NCBI GenBank assembly: GCA_964035575.1
Contig: OZ037843.1
Coordinates: 434,001-498,000 of the forward strand
DNA length: 64,000 nucleotides
DNA from: Rhynchopus sp. YZ270_cl-10
Taxonomy: Eukaryota
Direction: 5' to 3'
Part shown: one piece after another, positions 28,324 to 39,525 of the stretch
Position numbering within the stretch: position 1 is the first letter of the stretch
Layout: every line of letters starts with the position of its first letter
Made by a program: the position numbers and the translations under genes
The notes under the pieces: generated by a model
The model's input: the letters and a program-made list of their open reading frames with translations, nothing else
The model's database searches: none
Told to the model about the DNA's origin: nothing

Positions 28324-29065
28324 CAGTATTTTTTCTAAGGGGGTTGGAGGGGGGCGGTTTACACCCCTGGGATTTTTTGGGGGAAAACCGCCCCCCTCGA
28401 GCCTCGAGGGGGGCGGGGTTTTGGATTTTTTTGGGATTACTGGGGGTTTCAAGACCACCACAGGTGGTCAAAAGTGCCAAATTTTGGTTTTAACGGACCC
28501 AAATCGTCGAAATTAGCCTAAAATAGGGGGTCAATACCCGTCGGTCAAAGCAACGACGTCAAAGCTTCGGTTGAAGTATGCTTGTGCGAGAGAAGCAACG
28601 AGTCTGCCTGTGGCAGTTGATGTGATGGTGTTGTTGGCCAGCTTTCCTGTCGGGACAGTTGATGTCGAGCGAGCTTTTTCTGTGCTGAAGCTCATCATGA
28701 CCCAACTGCGGAACCGCCTCCGACAGGACACACTTGACATGTTGATCCGAATCAAGATGGAAGGTACGGAACAGCCAGAAGACGCCTTTCTTGAGAAGGT
28801 CATCGACGGGTTTGTGAAAATGTCGCCGCAGGGAGGAAGGAGAGTGAAGATCTGATATCAGTTTACTTAACACCATTATTGTTTTTGTGTCTTCGTGTGG
28901 CGTCCTGCGAACCGCAGACATTGTGTACTCTTTTCTGTTCGTTTTAGTTTCATCCCCACCCCATTAACTGCATGTTGCACGGTCCCATGTACAGTTCACC
29001 TAAAGACTCCCAGCACCCTCCCTGATGCCTTTTCATCAACCTCCCCCCTCCTAGAAAAAACACTG
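28324..29065 (+). mobile_element. Internally deleted hAT element retaining the transposase C-terminus (28571-28855)
   Basis: TIR CAGT(A/G)TTTTTTCTA(A/G)G with flanks TCGGGAG/CCGGGAG. Peptide VERAFSVLKLIMTQLRNRL..DMLIRIKMEG closely resembles the 20614 C-terminus. Confidence 0.8.
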
Positions 29066-29097
29066 CCGGGAGAAGAAAAAAAAAACGGGGTGTGCTG

Positions 29098-29739
29098 CAT
29101 GGGTGTTCCTAAGACGGAATACGAATACCACTTTTGGGATCGTGCACTTTTTTTTCTACAGGGATTCCCTTAGGGAAGAAAAAAAAGAGCAGAAGGGTAA
29201 CTAAGAGACTTTAGAACGGTCTTTTGCACTGAATGCGGTGCCCGTGAACTGGGATGGAATGAAACAACACAAAAAAGACATTTTCCTCCTTGCAGGACGA
29301 ACCCCCAAATAAAATTTTCGCCTCCGGCGGACACCCCCTTTCCTTCACTGTGTACTGTGTACTGTGTACTGTGTACTGTGTACTGTGTACTGTGTACTGT
29401 GTACTGTGTACTGTGTACTGTGTACTGTGTACTGTGTACTGTGTACTGTGTACTGTGTACTGTGTACTGTGTACTGTGTACTGTGTACTGTGTACTGTGT
29501 ACTGTGTACTGTGTACTGTGTACTGTGTACTGTGTACTGTGTACTGTGTACTGTGTACTGCCAAAATATTTTTATAGCATCACCGCTGAACGCTCGGGTC
29601 ACCAAGAATTCAAATAAGACCGGTTTTGGGGTGTTTTGACCCTGTTTTTGACCCCCAAAGGGGAAGCCCACCCAAAGAAAAATAGTGGAATACGGACCCG
29701 ATTTTCCCCCGAAAACCCCCGGAATACGGAACACCCATG
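29098..29739. mobile_element. hAT-type MITE containing a heptamer satellite
   Basis: TIR CATGGGTGTTCC and 8-bp TSD GTGTGCTG. Confidence 0.9.
29347..29560. repeat. Perfect (ACTGTGT)n array, ~30 units
   Basis: Read directly from the sequence. Confidence 0.98.
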
Positions 29740-29953
29740 GTGTGCTGTAGATATGGGGGGGGAGCCACGCTCCTGACCCTGTAGAAGTAATCTACAACAA
29801 GCTCTTTTCCAACACCTATGGACCCTCGCCTCCCACACCCTTCCCCCTTCACAGAGCTCTCAAGGTAAGCACTCCCCAGCATATTGTGCTTCACGTTCGC
29901 GTGCTTCCGCACATACGCTTGAGATGCAAACCTCGCACGCAGGGGAGCCCCAC

Positions 29954-30034
29954 AGACGCTGCAGCGTTCGCCTCGCACGGCGCCTCCACTGTCGCAGTCA
30001 CGCCTGACTCTTCCAGCACAAAGGTCACATCCAT
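29954..30034 (-). pseudogene. 5' fragment of a third Ubl-WD40 copy
   Basis: Encodes MDVTFVLEESGVTATVEAPCEANAAAS, after which homology stops. Confidence 0.8.
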
Positions 30035-30318
30035 TGTGTTCTTCAGGGTCCGTTGTGTTCGATGTGATGTATCGCACGACTTCGCAACTTCGTGGAGTGT
30101 TCAGGTCAACGGCATTCAAAGAATGGGAAGACAACACTGTGCTCACATTGACAATGACCCCTCATACTACCTATTCTGTATAAGGACGTTCACAAAGAAC
30201 ATTTGTGACAGGACCCACTCTGAAGATCTTCATCGGAACAGGGTCGCGGAGGGGTGAAAATGGGGGAAATGGGCAGAACAGCGAGCAGTAAACACAAAAC
30301 ACAACCTCTCGCAAAACA

Positions 30319-31434
30319 TCAGTAGGGGTACAGATGTCTCGTCACAATAGAGTCTTGAGACGAATTCGTAAATAGCACCACACGTGAACATGGCGAAAAA
30401 GCAAATGAAGTGTAGGCAGCGACTTCGGAGAACACACGCACACAGGACATGGTCGCCACATCATACTGGTGCAGGTTGTTAGATAATTCATCGTCTGACT
30501 TAACCACGAGATACTTCCCACACGGTGTGAACTGCATGGAAGAGACACAACAATGTCCCGCTTGATCAAAGCTGCCCAGCGCCTCGCCACTCCAATCATA
30601 GAGTTGCACTTCGTTAGGCTGGACGTTAGATGCAGATGACGACACGGCAAAGACAGAGGCAGACCGTGAGAGCGCCAGTGCGCGATTGCCCACCACATCT
30701 ACACATGCCACTGCTTCACCTGTGTTCACATCCCACAGACGCACGTTCGGCCCCCCATGACAAGAGGTGAGCACCCACCCACCACAGTGCGACACAGCCA
30801 TCCCCGTGCACCCTGCGTGCGACAGAGTGCGGAGCAACGTCAGGTCTTCGTCATACACAGAGACGCCGTAGAAACACTGCGAGACAACAACACCGCCACA
30901 CGCAAACACTGCGGCGTACGAGGTGCCGTAAACTGTACGGAGCACTTCCCCTCCCGGAAGTGCAATCTCCTGTATGCTGTCATAGTACGCCAGGTAGCAG
31001 CGTGTCTTGCACTGCGAGATGGCAGGCGCGACATGCGACTGGATGTCTACTTTGAACTTGAAGGCAGGGCTGAAGGTTTCTGTATCAAGGGCGGTGACAT
31101 AGACCCCCTGTGTAAAGAGGCAGAGTGCTCCACAAGGAGACAGCGAGAAGAAACCTACGTTCATATCCAAACTACCAATTGGCGTGTGCTCAGCAGGACA
31201 CTTGATGTTGGCACAGCAGCGGGCAAGCACGACCTGCACCCCTGCATCAAACGCAGTGTCCTGCAGACGGCACGTCCCCTCCACCACCTGCGTGCCGATG
31301 CGCATCTCGACAGACGCAGGCGGGACAGCAAGCGCCGTGCACGCAACCTCTTTTGCCGCTGCAGCGTCCGCCTCGCACGGCACCTCCACTGTCGCAGTCA
31401 CGCCTGACTCTTCCAGCACAAAAGTCACATCCAT
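30319..31434 (-). CDS. Ubiquitin-like domain + WD40 beta-propeller protein, paralogue A
   Basis: 371 aa. N-terminal ~72 aa show a beta-grasp-like pattern; WD-like blades SLSPCG, VRLWDVNTGE, QLYDWSG, FTPCGKYL, FSPCSR. No signal peptide. Confidence 0.8.
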   Translation of the reverse strand: MDVTFVLEESGVTATVEVPCEADAAAAKEVACTALAVPPASVEMRIGTQVVEGTCRLQDTAFDAGVQVVLARCCANIKCPAEHTPIGSLDMNVGFFSLSPCGALCLFTQGVYVTALDTETFSPAFKFKVDIQSHVAPAISQCKTRCYLAYYDSIQEIALPGGEVLRTVYGTSYAAVFACGGVVVSQCFYGVSVYDEDLTLLRTLSHAGCTGMAVSHCGGWVLTSCHGGPNVRLWDVNTGEAVACVDVVGNRALALSRSASVFAVSSSASNVQPNEVQLYDWSGEALGSFDQAGHCCVSSMQFTPCGKYLVVKSDDELSNNLHQYDVATMSCVRVFSEVAAYTSFAFSPCSRVVLFTNSSQDSIVTRHLYPY

Positions 31435-32605
31435 TGTTTTGCGTTACTTCCGTGACAAGGTGCAAATAAGCACGTTTGCTCCACCACAAACGGAGGGAAT
31501 GATGAGGTGGGTGGGGGAGAGGTGTTGTTCTGTGTTGCATGTTTTGTGGTGTTCCTCGTTGTGAGAGGTGATGAAAATAAGACGACTCTGAGCATTGCGA
31601 TCTGTCACCCACACAAGAGCGCCGCATGGGCAACGTGCGAGGTGGGCGACGGCAGGCAAACAAGAGAAAAGCAGCAACAGGGCTGAAAGGGGAGTTTCTT
31701 GGGGGTGTTTTGAGGGTCTTGGGTGTTGTCTTCTCTCTTTTTTATAACACATTCATACGCGACGGTGATGGGTGTAGGATAGTAGTAGCACTGTACGCAG
31801 CAAGAAAATGTATTATATTTTTCCTTCCTTCAAAACTTCACACACAACGCTGTTGGTTCTTTGGGAGACACACAAGGTGCGGGTTCTATGATATGCACGG
31901 AACCACCCTGCACCTGTTTGACATATTGTTTCCCGTGTGAATACATGAGGAAACGTTTCGCTGTCGAAACTAGGGGAAAGATGACAACACAGGTAGCAGG
32001 GGTTTTAAATTTGGGATATGTACATACTTCTGATATATGACAAAAGACAAGAGATACGTAAAAAGAGCAACACGCCGGTTGGCTGTGTGCTGACAGAGCA
32101 AAAAGAAGCATGCATTCATGCTCCCGAGGGATCATATCGTAAGAAAGCACATGAAAGCGCATAGCAAGCATCCAGTACCGACCACAAGATCACTTCCCAA
32201 AAAGAAGTCTCAAGGAACAAACACAACACACATGCGACACAGATACGATTCCGCATCGATGCGCTTTACCTTGAAGATTAAACAAATACTGAATAACATC
32301 GTAACGTACACACTCTGTTGATTCTAAAAACGGGGGCTGGTCAGCTACCCGAGGGCAACTGTATGAAAGTGCGATGTCGTGCAGGTGGACCTGGAGGTGC
32401 AAACACGTCTCGATTTACTTCCACATTTTAAATGTGTCAAAAACCCTCTGAATAGTGATGACAATGAGAAATCATATTACAGTGTCACAAAAGCTGGGAC
32501 AGGGAGGAAATGGCGGGAGGGGAATTTCTGCGAATTTTGTTGGGTTTGACTAAGAAGGGGAGGTCTGTTGGCAGACGGCAAGACAAAACAAGAATGCAAA
32601 GAGGG

Positions 32606-34073
32606 CATACTTATCGCTAAATACGCCGTTTTTCCCGAAAAATTTTAGAATCCCACGCCCAATTTCTTTCTTTTTGGCAAAAAAAAATTTTTCGCGCTTC
32701 GCGCGAAAAAGGTCCTCAGAAGCTCAATTCCGGAAACAAATACGGGGGGAGCGACGTTTTCCAACTCCTCCGCCATCAGCAGGAACACCTCCGTTTTCTC
32801 TTGAATCTGTGACGCTTGTTGCTGAGAAACAGGGCAACAGCGCGTTCAAGAATATCCCCTATCTTTTCAGTGTTAAACTCGTGGCGAAGCCACGGTACGC
32901 AACATTTCTAAAAAATGCGCTTACAATTGCACCTTTTTTTACAGCCAAACTATGTCATGGAAAGAATGGAATGCAAGCTTGCGCCGCAGGCGCATGGTAC
33001 GCTACTTTTTTCTTTGCCCTTATCCTTCTTTCTCACTCCTCATTGCTTCCCAAAGGTTCTGGCGAAGCCACGGTACGCAACATTTCTTTAAAATGTTGAC
33101 ATAAAATGGCACTTTTGTTGGTAACTATCGTCCAGTTCGGTAAATTTTACTTCCATATTTTACTAAAACGAAAGTTTCTAGCGAAGCCACGGTGCGCAAC
33201 ATTTCAAAAAATTGCGCTTAAAATTGCCTACTATGTCGCGGGAAGGGTGGGTTGCAAGCTCGCGCCGCAGGCGCACGGTACGCTACATTTTTCCTTTCAC
33301 CATGCTGCATCTTCCTTTTCCGGTAAAATAGAAGAAATTTGCGGGTTTGCGGGTTTACGAGTAAAAATAGAATTCTGTGGGGGGTAGGTGAGAGGTGGGC
33401 GGAGCCCCCACTCCTCACCTAACCTCACCCCAGCCTCAATCCAAAACCCAAATTACCACGTATGGACACGTACGGATTCCACCTTTTCAAAACAATTCAC
33501 GTATGGATTTCCATACGTTCCACACGTGGAGCGTAATCCCTGTCACCAGAGTCACTCAACGAACCCTTTTTTGCGGAGCAAAAAATGAAAAAATGGCGCC
33601 GCAGGCAAAAAAAATTAAGGTACAGGATGCAACCCAGTTCCCCAGGTGCATATCCTGAAAGGAAATTTGTTGCCCGAGGGAAATTTATTGCCTGAGGCAA
33701 ATTTATTTCCTGAGGAAAATTTATTGCCTGAGGGAAATTTATTGCCCGAGGGAAATTTATTTCCTGAGGGAAATTTATTGCCCGAGGGAAATTTATTGCC
33801 CGAGGGAAATTTATTTCCTGAGGGAAATTTATTGCCCGAGGGAAATTTATTTCCTGGGGGAAATTTGTTGCCTGAGGCAAATTTATTTCCTGGGGCAAAT
33901 TTATTTCCCGAGGGGAAATTTATTTCCTGAGGGAAATTTATTGCCTGAGGCAAATTTTTTTTCCTGGGTAAAATTTTTTTTCCTGGGTAAAAAAAATTTC
34001 TTTCCGGCCAATTTTTTTCTTTCTTTTGGGAAAGAAAATCGCCACGTACCACGACTAGTTAGCTACAAGTATG
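32606..34073. mobile_element. Non-autonomous hAT element, family B copy 1
   Basis: TIR CATACTT(A/G)T(C/A)GCTAA and 8-bp TSD AAAGAGGG; inverted copy at 50129-51601. Confidence 0.95.
33655..33957. repeat. 18-bp minisatellite (G(G/C)AAATTTATT(G/T)CC(C/T)GAG)n inside family B
   Basis: Read directly, ~16 variant units. Confidence 0.95.
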
Positions 34074-34129
34074 AAAGAGGGTGCAAAAAAAAAAAAAAAA
34101 TAGGGCAACACAAAAAAACCCCCCCTAGG

Positions 34130-35017
34130 CATACACTCGATGCGAGTCGCATTCTCGCATTCTCGCACAACTCTGGTCTGGCAAAAAATTCTCGCACGAT
34201 TCTCGCTCATTCTCGCACCATTCTCGCACGATTCTCGCACGTCTCGCACGGTTCTCCGTGGTCACGTACGTGGAAAATACACACCCCCCAACGCTTTTTT
34301 TAAATGTTTTCGGGTCATTTCAACCTTAAGGGAGACTCCGAGGAGTCATTTAAACAAAACCAGCAATTTTCAACAAAACACGATGGAATATACCCAGCAA
34401 CACAGTACACAGTACACAGTACACAGTACACAGTACACAGTACACAGTACACAGTACACAGTACACAGTACACAGTACACAGTACACAGTACACAGTACA
34501 CAGTACACAGTACACAGTACACAGTACACAGTACACAGTACACAGTACACAGTACACAGTACACAGTACACAGTACACAGTACACAGTACACAGTACACA
34601 GTACACAGTACACAGTACACAGTACACAGTACACAGTACACAGTACACAGTACACAGTACACAGTACACAGTACACAGTACACAGTACACAGTACACAGT
34701 ACACAGTACACAGTACACAGTACACAGTACACAGTACACAGTACACAGTACACAGTACACAGTACACAGTACACAGTACACAGTACACAGTACACAGTAC
34801 ACAGTACACAGAGTGTGGTGGGGTTACTTCATCTACTTTGCGACAGAAACTTCCCCTGGACACTACATGTCCCTAAAAAACGAAACACAGGCCAGGACTT
34901 CCCTTGTACGAAAATCCTCTACGTGTGCGAGAATGATTCTCGCATGCGAGAATGGTGCGAGAATGGTGTGCGAGAATGCGAGAATGATTCTCGCATGCGA
35001 CTCGCATCGAGTGTATG
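34130..35017. mobile_element. Non-autonomous TIR element with 6-bp TSD, containing a heptamer satellite
   Basis: TIR CATACACTCGATGCGAGTCGCAT, CCTAGG on both sides, subterminal ATTCTCGCA repeats. A related end at ~58045-58199 lacks CCTAGG, so CCTAGG is target rather than TIR. Confidence 0.85.
34400..34811. repeat. Perfect (ACACAGT)n array, ~58 units
   Basis: Read directly; reverse complement of the 29347 array. Confidence 0.98.
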
Positions 35018-35195
35018 CCTAGGAGGCTTGTCCAAAAGAAAGTTGCAACTTCTTCCACACGAGTAAAAGTACCGGCAGGAGTAACAACAGACAATGAGCA
35101 AACTCCGGTACCAGCACAGACCCTGTATTTCTACCTTTGGCAGTTGGTCTGCCCTATTGGCTCTTCTGCACCGTAGCGTGAGTGCCACGGTGACC

Positions 35196-38100
35196 CAAGG
35201 GTACCTGTAACTCGGGGATCGGGCCCCGGATTTTTTTTGGGAAATTTTCCCCACGTAAAAGTACATGGGGAAAGGCTATCTGTTTGTTATTAATTTAAAA
35301 CCGATTTACGGCCGAGGCCGAAATTTGTATTCCGACTCAGATCGTTCCGATCTTTCAAATAAAGCCGGTTTCAATTTGAAAAACGTTACCCTGAGGAGCG
35401 AGTGGGTATTTTCAAGTTTTTTACGTGTAATAACCCTCTGGTATGTGTGTCCTTTACCTTACACTGGCGTTGACCACGGTATTTGCGGATTTCCGGCCGG
35501 GCCGAAATTTGTATTCCGACTCAGATCGTTCCGATCTTTCAAATAAAACAGGAGCAGAAAAAAAAAATCACGCAGCGAGTGACTTTTCTGAGATTTCCCC
35601 ATTCCCTCTCCCTCCTTGAAAACCCTCCTCCACCACAGCCCCTTCAGGGATTCTTGCTTTTATCTTTTATCTTAAGTTAAAATGCAGTATCATGTTCTCG
35701 ACTTTTTGCCAACGTACCTCTGCACCCGGAAAACAGCGTGTGAGACGCATGCGCAAAGGTACGCAACGAAGACAACCGCGAGTGCTGATACCGGGGATGC
35801 GCAGCAGAAGCTGACATGCGGGTACGTCGCATTGATGGGGGCAAAGCTGTGGTCCGACGAGCGCAAGCGGATGGGATCGGCACCGAGCAAAGAGGAGATC
35901 CGCGAGTTCATCGCGAAGACGACAAGGGACGACTTCGGCATGACGGCGGAGAGGTGGCAAGAGGTTCACGAAGGTAGCCTGCGTGGGACATTTGTGTGCC
36001 TCACAAACCTTGAGGTTGACCACTTCGCTAAAAAAAACATACGATCCACTTCTGTTGTCACCCCGCCCCAGTTCCAGCGGGGACCAGTGATGTTGGGGAC
36101 GGTGATCCTCTTCCTTCCTCCCGTGGGGTGTCAAAAGCACGGGCACTTTTGCACCTTTTTTTTTGTTCAAGCGCCGAATGAACGAAAACGAGTAGCACTC
36201 TCCTTCGCCAATGGCAAGCTCGTCGTTAAGGCGGCTGATGGTGGAGAGCTGCTGCGGCCGAACCCCACCACAACAGCAGACCCGAAGGCCTGCTTCAAAA
36301 AAGTAGGTGGCAAGTGGGGGTGCCAGACCTGCGCAGATGCCGTGAAGAATCGGCGGATGGAGAAGTTCGGCCAGGAGGAGAAAAATGCCTGGATAGACTT
36401 CCAGGTTACTCACTCCTCAGATGCGCTTCGACGGGCACAGAACAAGCACCTCACCTCCACGGCGCACAACAAGGCAAACGACGCGAAGTCAGAGAAAGGA
36501 GAGGCAACGCAGCCGAAGCCCCGCAAGATCATCCGGCCCTCACAAAAAAAGGTCGATCTGTTTTCCCAACTCCACTGCACGTTTTATAGTGCAGTGCGAA
36601 AGGGGACAGAACACAGCGTGGTGGCAGCAACAGCCGGCTCCCTCCCCGGCATTACGAACAAGTACGCTGTCCCCCGTCACGTGTCAGAAATGATCACGAT
36701 ATGGGCAAAGCAGTGTCGGGAGAAAATCTCTGTGGAGGTAAAGCGCTGCAGTGTGCTTGCACTAATTACCGACGCCCCCCTCCACAGCGAACACCTCAGG
36801 ACACACACACCCCTGCACCACCCCCTTTTTTTGTTTTGACAATTTTGAGACTCCGGCCTCTCGTGAAAGGAGTGCGTGCGATGTCTACTGGAAGTGAAGC
36901 GGCAGCAGCGACACCTGCACCCACACCTGCACCTGCAGCACCGAAGATGGACAAGAAGGCTGCTGCCGAGGCGCGTGCCGCACTCTCTGCGGAGGTCGCA
37001 GACATGCAGCGCCAGCTTCTTGAGAAGACGCGCGAGCTTTCGGCACTCACTGCGACGTCTGGCAAGCGCAGCTCCAAGGGCAAGGCAGTTCCATCAAAGG
37101 GGTTCATAAAGACGTCAACGTGTTCTTGCTCCGCTTTCTCCTGTACTCGGCGGCGGGACAAGCATTACGTGTTGTGGAGAGATATGTAGGGCTTACAGAG
37201 AACAAAGATGTGTCCGCCAACGCTAAGTCTGTCTACAAACAGTTGCAAGACGCCATTGGTGCTGTGGGTGTTACAGAAAAGGAGGTGTCGGGGGTTATTG
37301 CTGACAGCTGCAGCACGTTGACGGGGCATAAAAACGGTCTCGTCGGGGTGATGAAGCTCAAGGAGAGGTGTCTGCAGGGGCATTTCGCTGACAGTGCGCA
37401 CCTCATCCAGGTGGAGATGAAGCCCCTGATGAAGCTCTCCGGGGTGAAGGAGCTGTCGGACATGATCCGGGACCTCGACCGTAGCTACTTTTCTTCGCCC
37501 AAGCTCTACCGCGATTTGGTGCTCGAGTCGGAGAAGAAGTTCACGAAGACCGGCAAGCAGAGGAAACTGGTGCTGAGACCTTCTGTCTCGTACAGAATCC
37601 GGTGGCTGGCCAAGCACACAACCACGTTTCTGCGGGCGAAGCGGATGCTCCCTATGTGGAGGCACCACGTGGCTGTCGGCACTGCGTGGACCAACACAAA
37701 GGCTCGCAACGACGACGGTGAGACAAAAACGAAAGGACTCAAAGCCACCCACACGAAGCTCCTCCGCCTTCTTGAAGATGAAACCCTCGCGCCGAATTTG
37801 GATTTCTACTGTGCCTTGCTAAAAATTTTGCAGAAATCAACTCTGGTGGCACAGGGATCTGGCGCCATCCTCTTGCACGTCCTCTTTACCGTCAACGAGA
37901 GCATCGCTGAGATTGAGTTGCTGAAAAATGAAGAGAGCAGTATGGAAGCGCGCATGGAAGCTTGCGAAGTGTCCATAGCGGGGCTGAAGCGCTATGTCCA
38001 GAGGACAGGTCCAGTTGCAAAGGCGGTTGTAACGATGTTGAACATCTACCGCATATCTGCGCTCTCTGACGCAGACCTGAAGGGATACGCAAACCAGGAA

Positions 38101-39221
38101 CTGGGCCTGGTTTTAGAGTCCCTGGGTATGCAACGTCAACTGCCGGATGAGAGCGACGACTTCACATCTGGTCAGTGGCTTCTTGCTAAAACTATGGCCA
38201 AGCAGGACACGTCGTGGAGCCGGTGGTTCGCAGTGATAAACGGTGTACAGGGGAGAGTAAAGATCGCCTTGGAATACGGTGTTGTCTTCTCGTCGTGTTC
38301 TTCATGTAAAGCGGAGGGTATGTTCGGGAAGCTGCGCCACTCTGTGCTCAAAAGAACCCAGGTAGCAGTGACGACACTCTGCGATGAGCAGATTATCAGG
38401 GATTCTGGCCCGGCACCTGCAGACGCGGCGACATTTATCCGTGATGGCACGATTAAATTTTTGGAAAAGCCACGTCGCCTAGCTCGCAAACGGAAGGAAC
38501 GTGTCGCACCAAAAGGAATATTTGATAAAGTTGAGGAGCGTATGCGTGCAGCCAAAGGTTCTCTCCCCCACTACGAAGAAGAGATGGATGACGAGGAAGT
38601 TGAGGAAGAGTCGTCTGAAGAAACGTCGTCTGGAGAAAACGAAGAATTCGAAGAGGAGGAAGACGAAGAAGACGAAGAAGGAGAAGAAGAAGAAGAGGAG
38701 GAGGAAGAGGAAGGCGGAAGCGATGACGGCGACTGCCGACAAACCAAGCGCGTGAAGCATTAGACTTTTCATTATCAATAGATGACGTCATTTTATTTTT
38801 TCTCTCCACACGAAGACATCTAAGTGTGTAGAAACCAGACAAAAAGAGAATCGACATTTGACTTGTTAACGGCTTTTCCATTTCCTTTTCACATCATTTC
38901 ACTTTGCGTGCCACATCAGGATTTCACCTTTTGGGCTGCGTTCAACGAAGGCAAGTCTTCTTTCCTATCATCAAGTTATCAAGATCAGTTGGTTGGCTAA
39001 TTGTCTGTTTTTCTTCTTTTTTATTTTTATTTTCCTTATTTCTTTTTGACTGCACCTCTCCGCTTTGGCGGTAGGTAGCGAAATGCGATACATAGGCACC
39101 CCTCTGCGCCCTCCCTGCACCCCTCTTTAAGAGCCCCCTTACAAAAACCCCCCTAAACGTAATCCGGGGATCGGGGATCGGGGATCGGGGATTTTACCCC
39201 CAATATTTACAGGTACCCTTG
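35196..39221 (+). mobile_element. Full-length divergent hAT transposon
   Basis: TIR CAAGGGTACCTGTAA, perfect 8-bp TSD CGGTGACC, subterminal CGGGGAT repeats. Confidence 0.95.
35682..38763 (+). pseudogene. Divergent hAT transposase interrupted by a ~310-bp insert at ~36775-37084
   Basis: Zinc finger CQTC...KHLTSTAH, ALITD (D1), IADSCSTLTG (D2), DSAH (CxxH position), RIRW, KAEGMF (E) and an acidic tail. Confidence 0.8.
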
Positions 39222-39525
39222 CGGTGACCACTTGCCCGCCTATGCGGTGAATGTGAACACAGATGGAAACGTAGGAGAGGGGAACGGGAAGGGGAAGGGG
39301 AAGTGCCACAAAGACGGCACGTTATAAAAGGCACTTCAGTACAGGGTGGTCAGCTAGCCCGAGGGCAGCTGTGTGAAAGCGCGATGTCGTGCAGATGCAC
39401 CTGAGGAGGTGCAAACACGTCTCGATTTACTTCCACATTTTAAAGTTTTAAAACCCTTTTGGATAGCGACCAAGGAGAAATATGTACGAACTACGTTACA
39501 AAGCAGTGCTCCACTTCGAAGCACC

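Noticed and set aside
33655..33957. 18-bp repeats (also at 50250-50595) as a CRISPR array or protein repeat (PQEINF/PEGNLF ORFs)
   Set aside because: The units are contiguous with no unique spacers, there are no cas genes, and the array lies inside a TSD-bounded element. The ORFs arise from periodicity.
29211..35066. STQYTVH / VYCVLCT repeat ORFs
   Set aside because: These are translations of a stop-free 7-mer satellite that is open in all frames.
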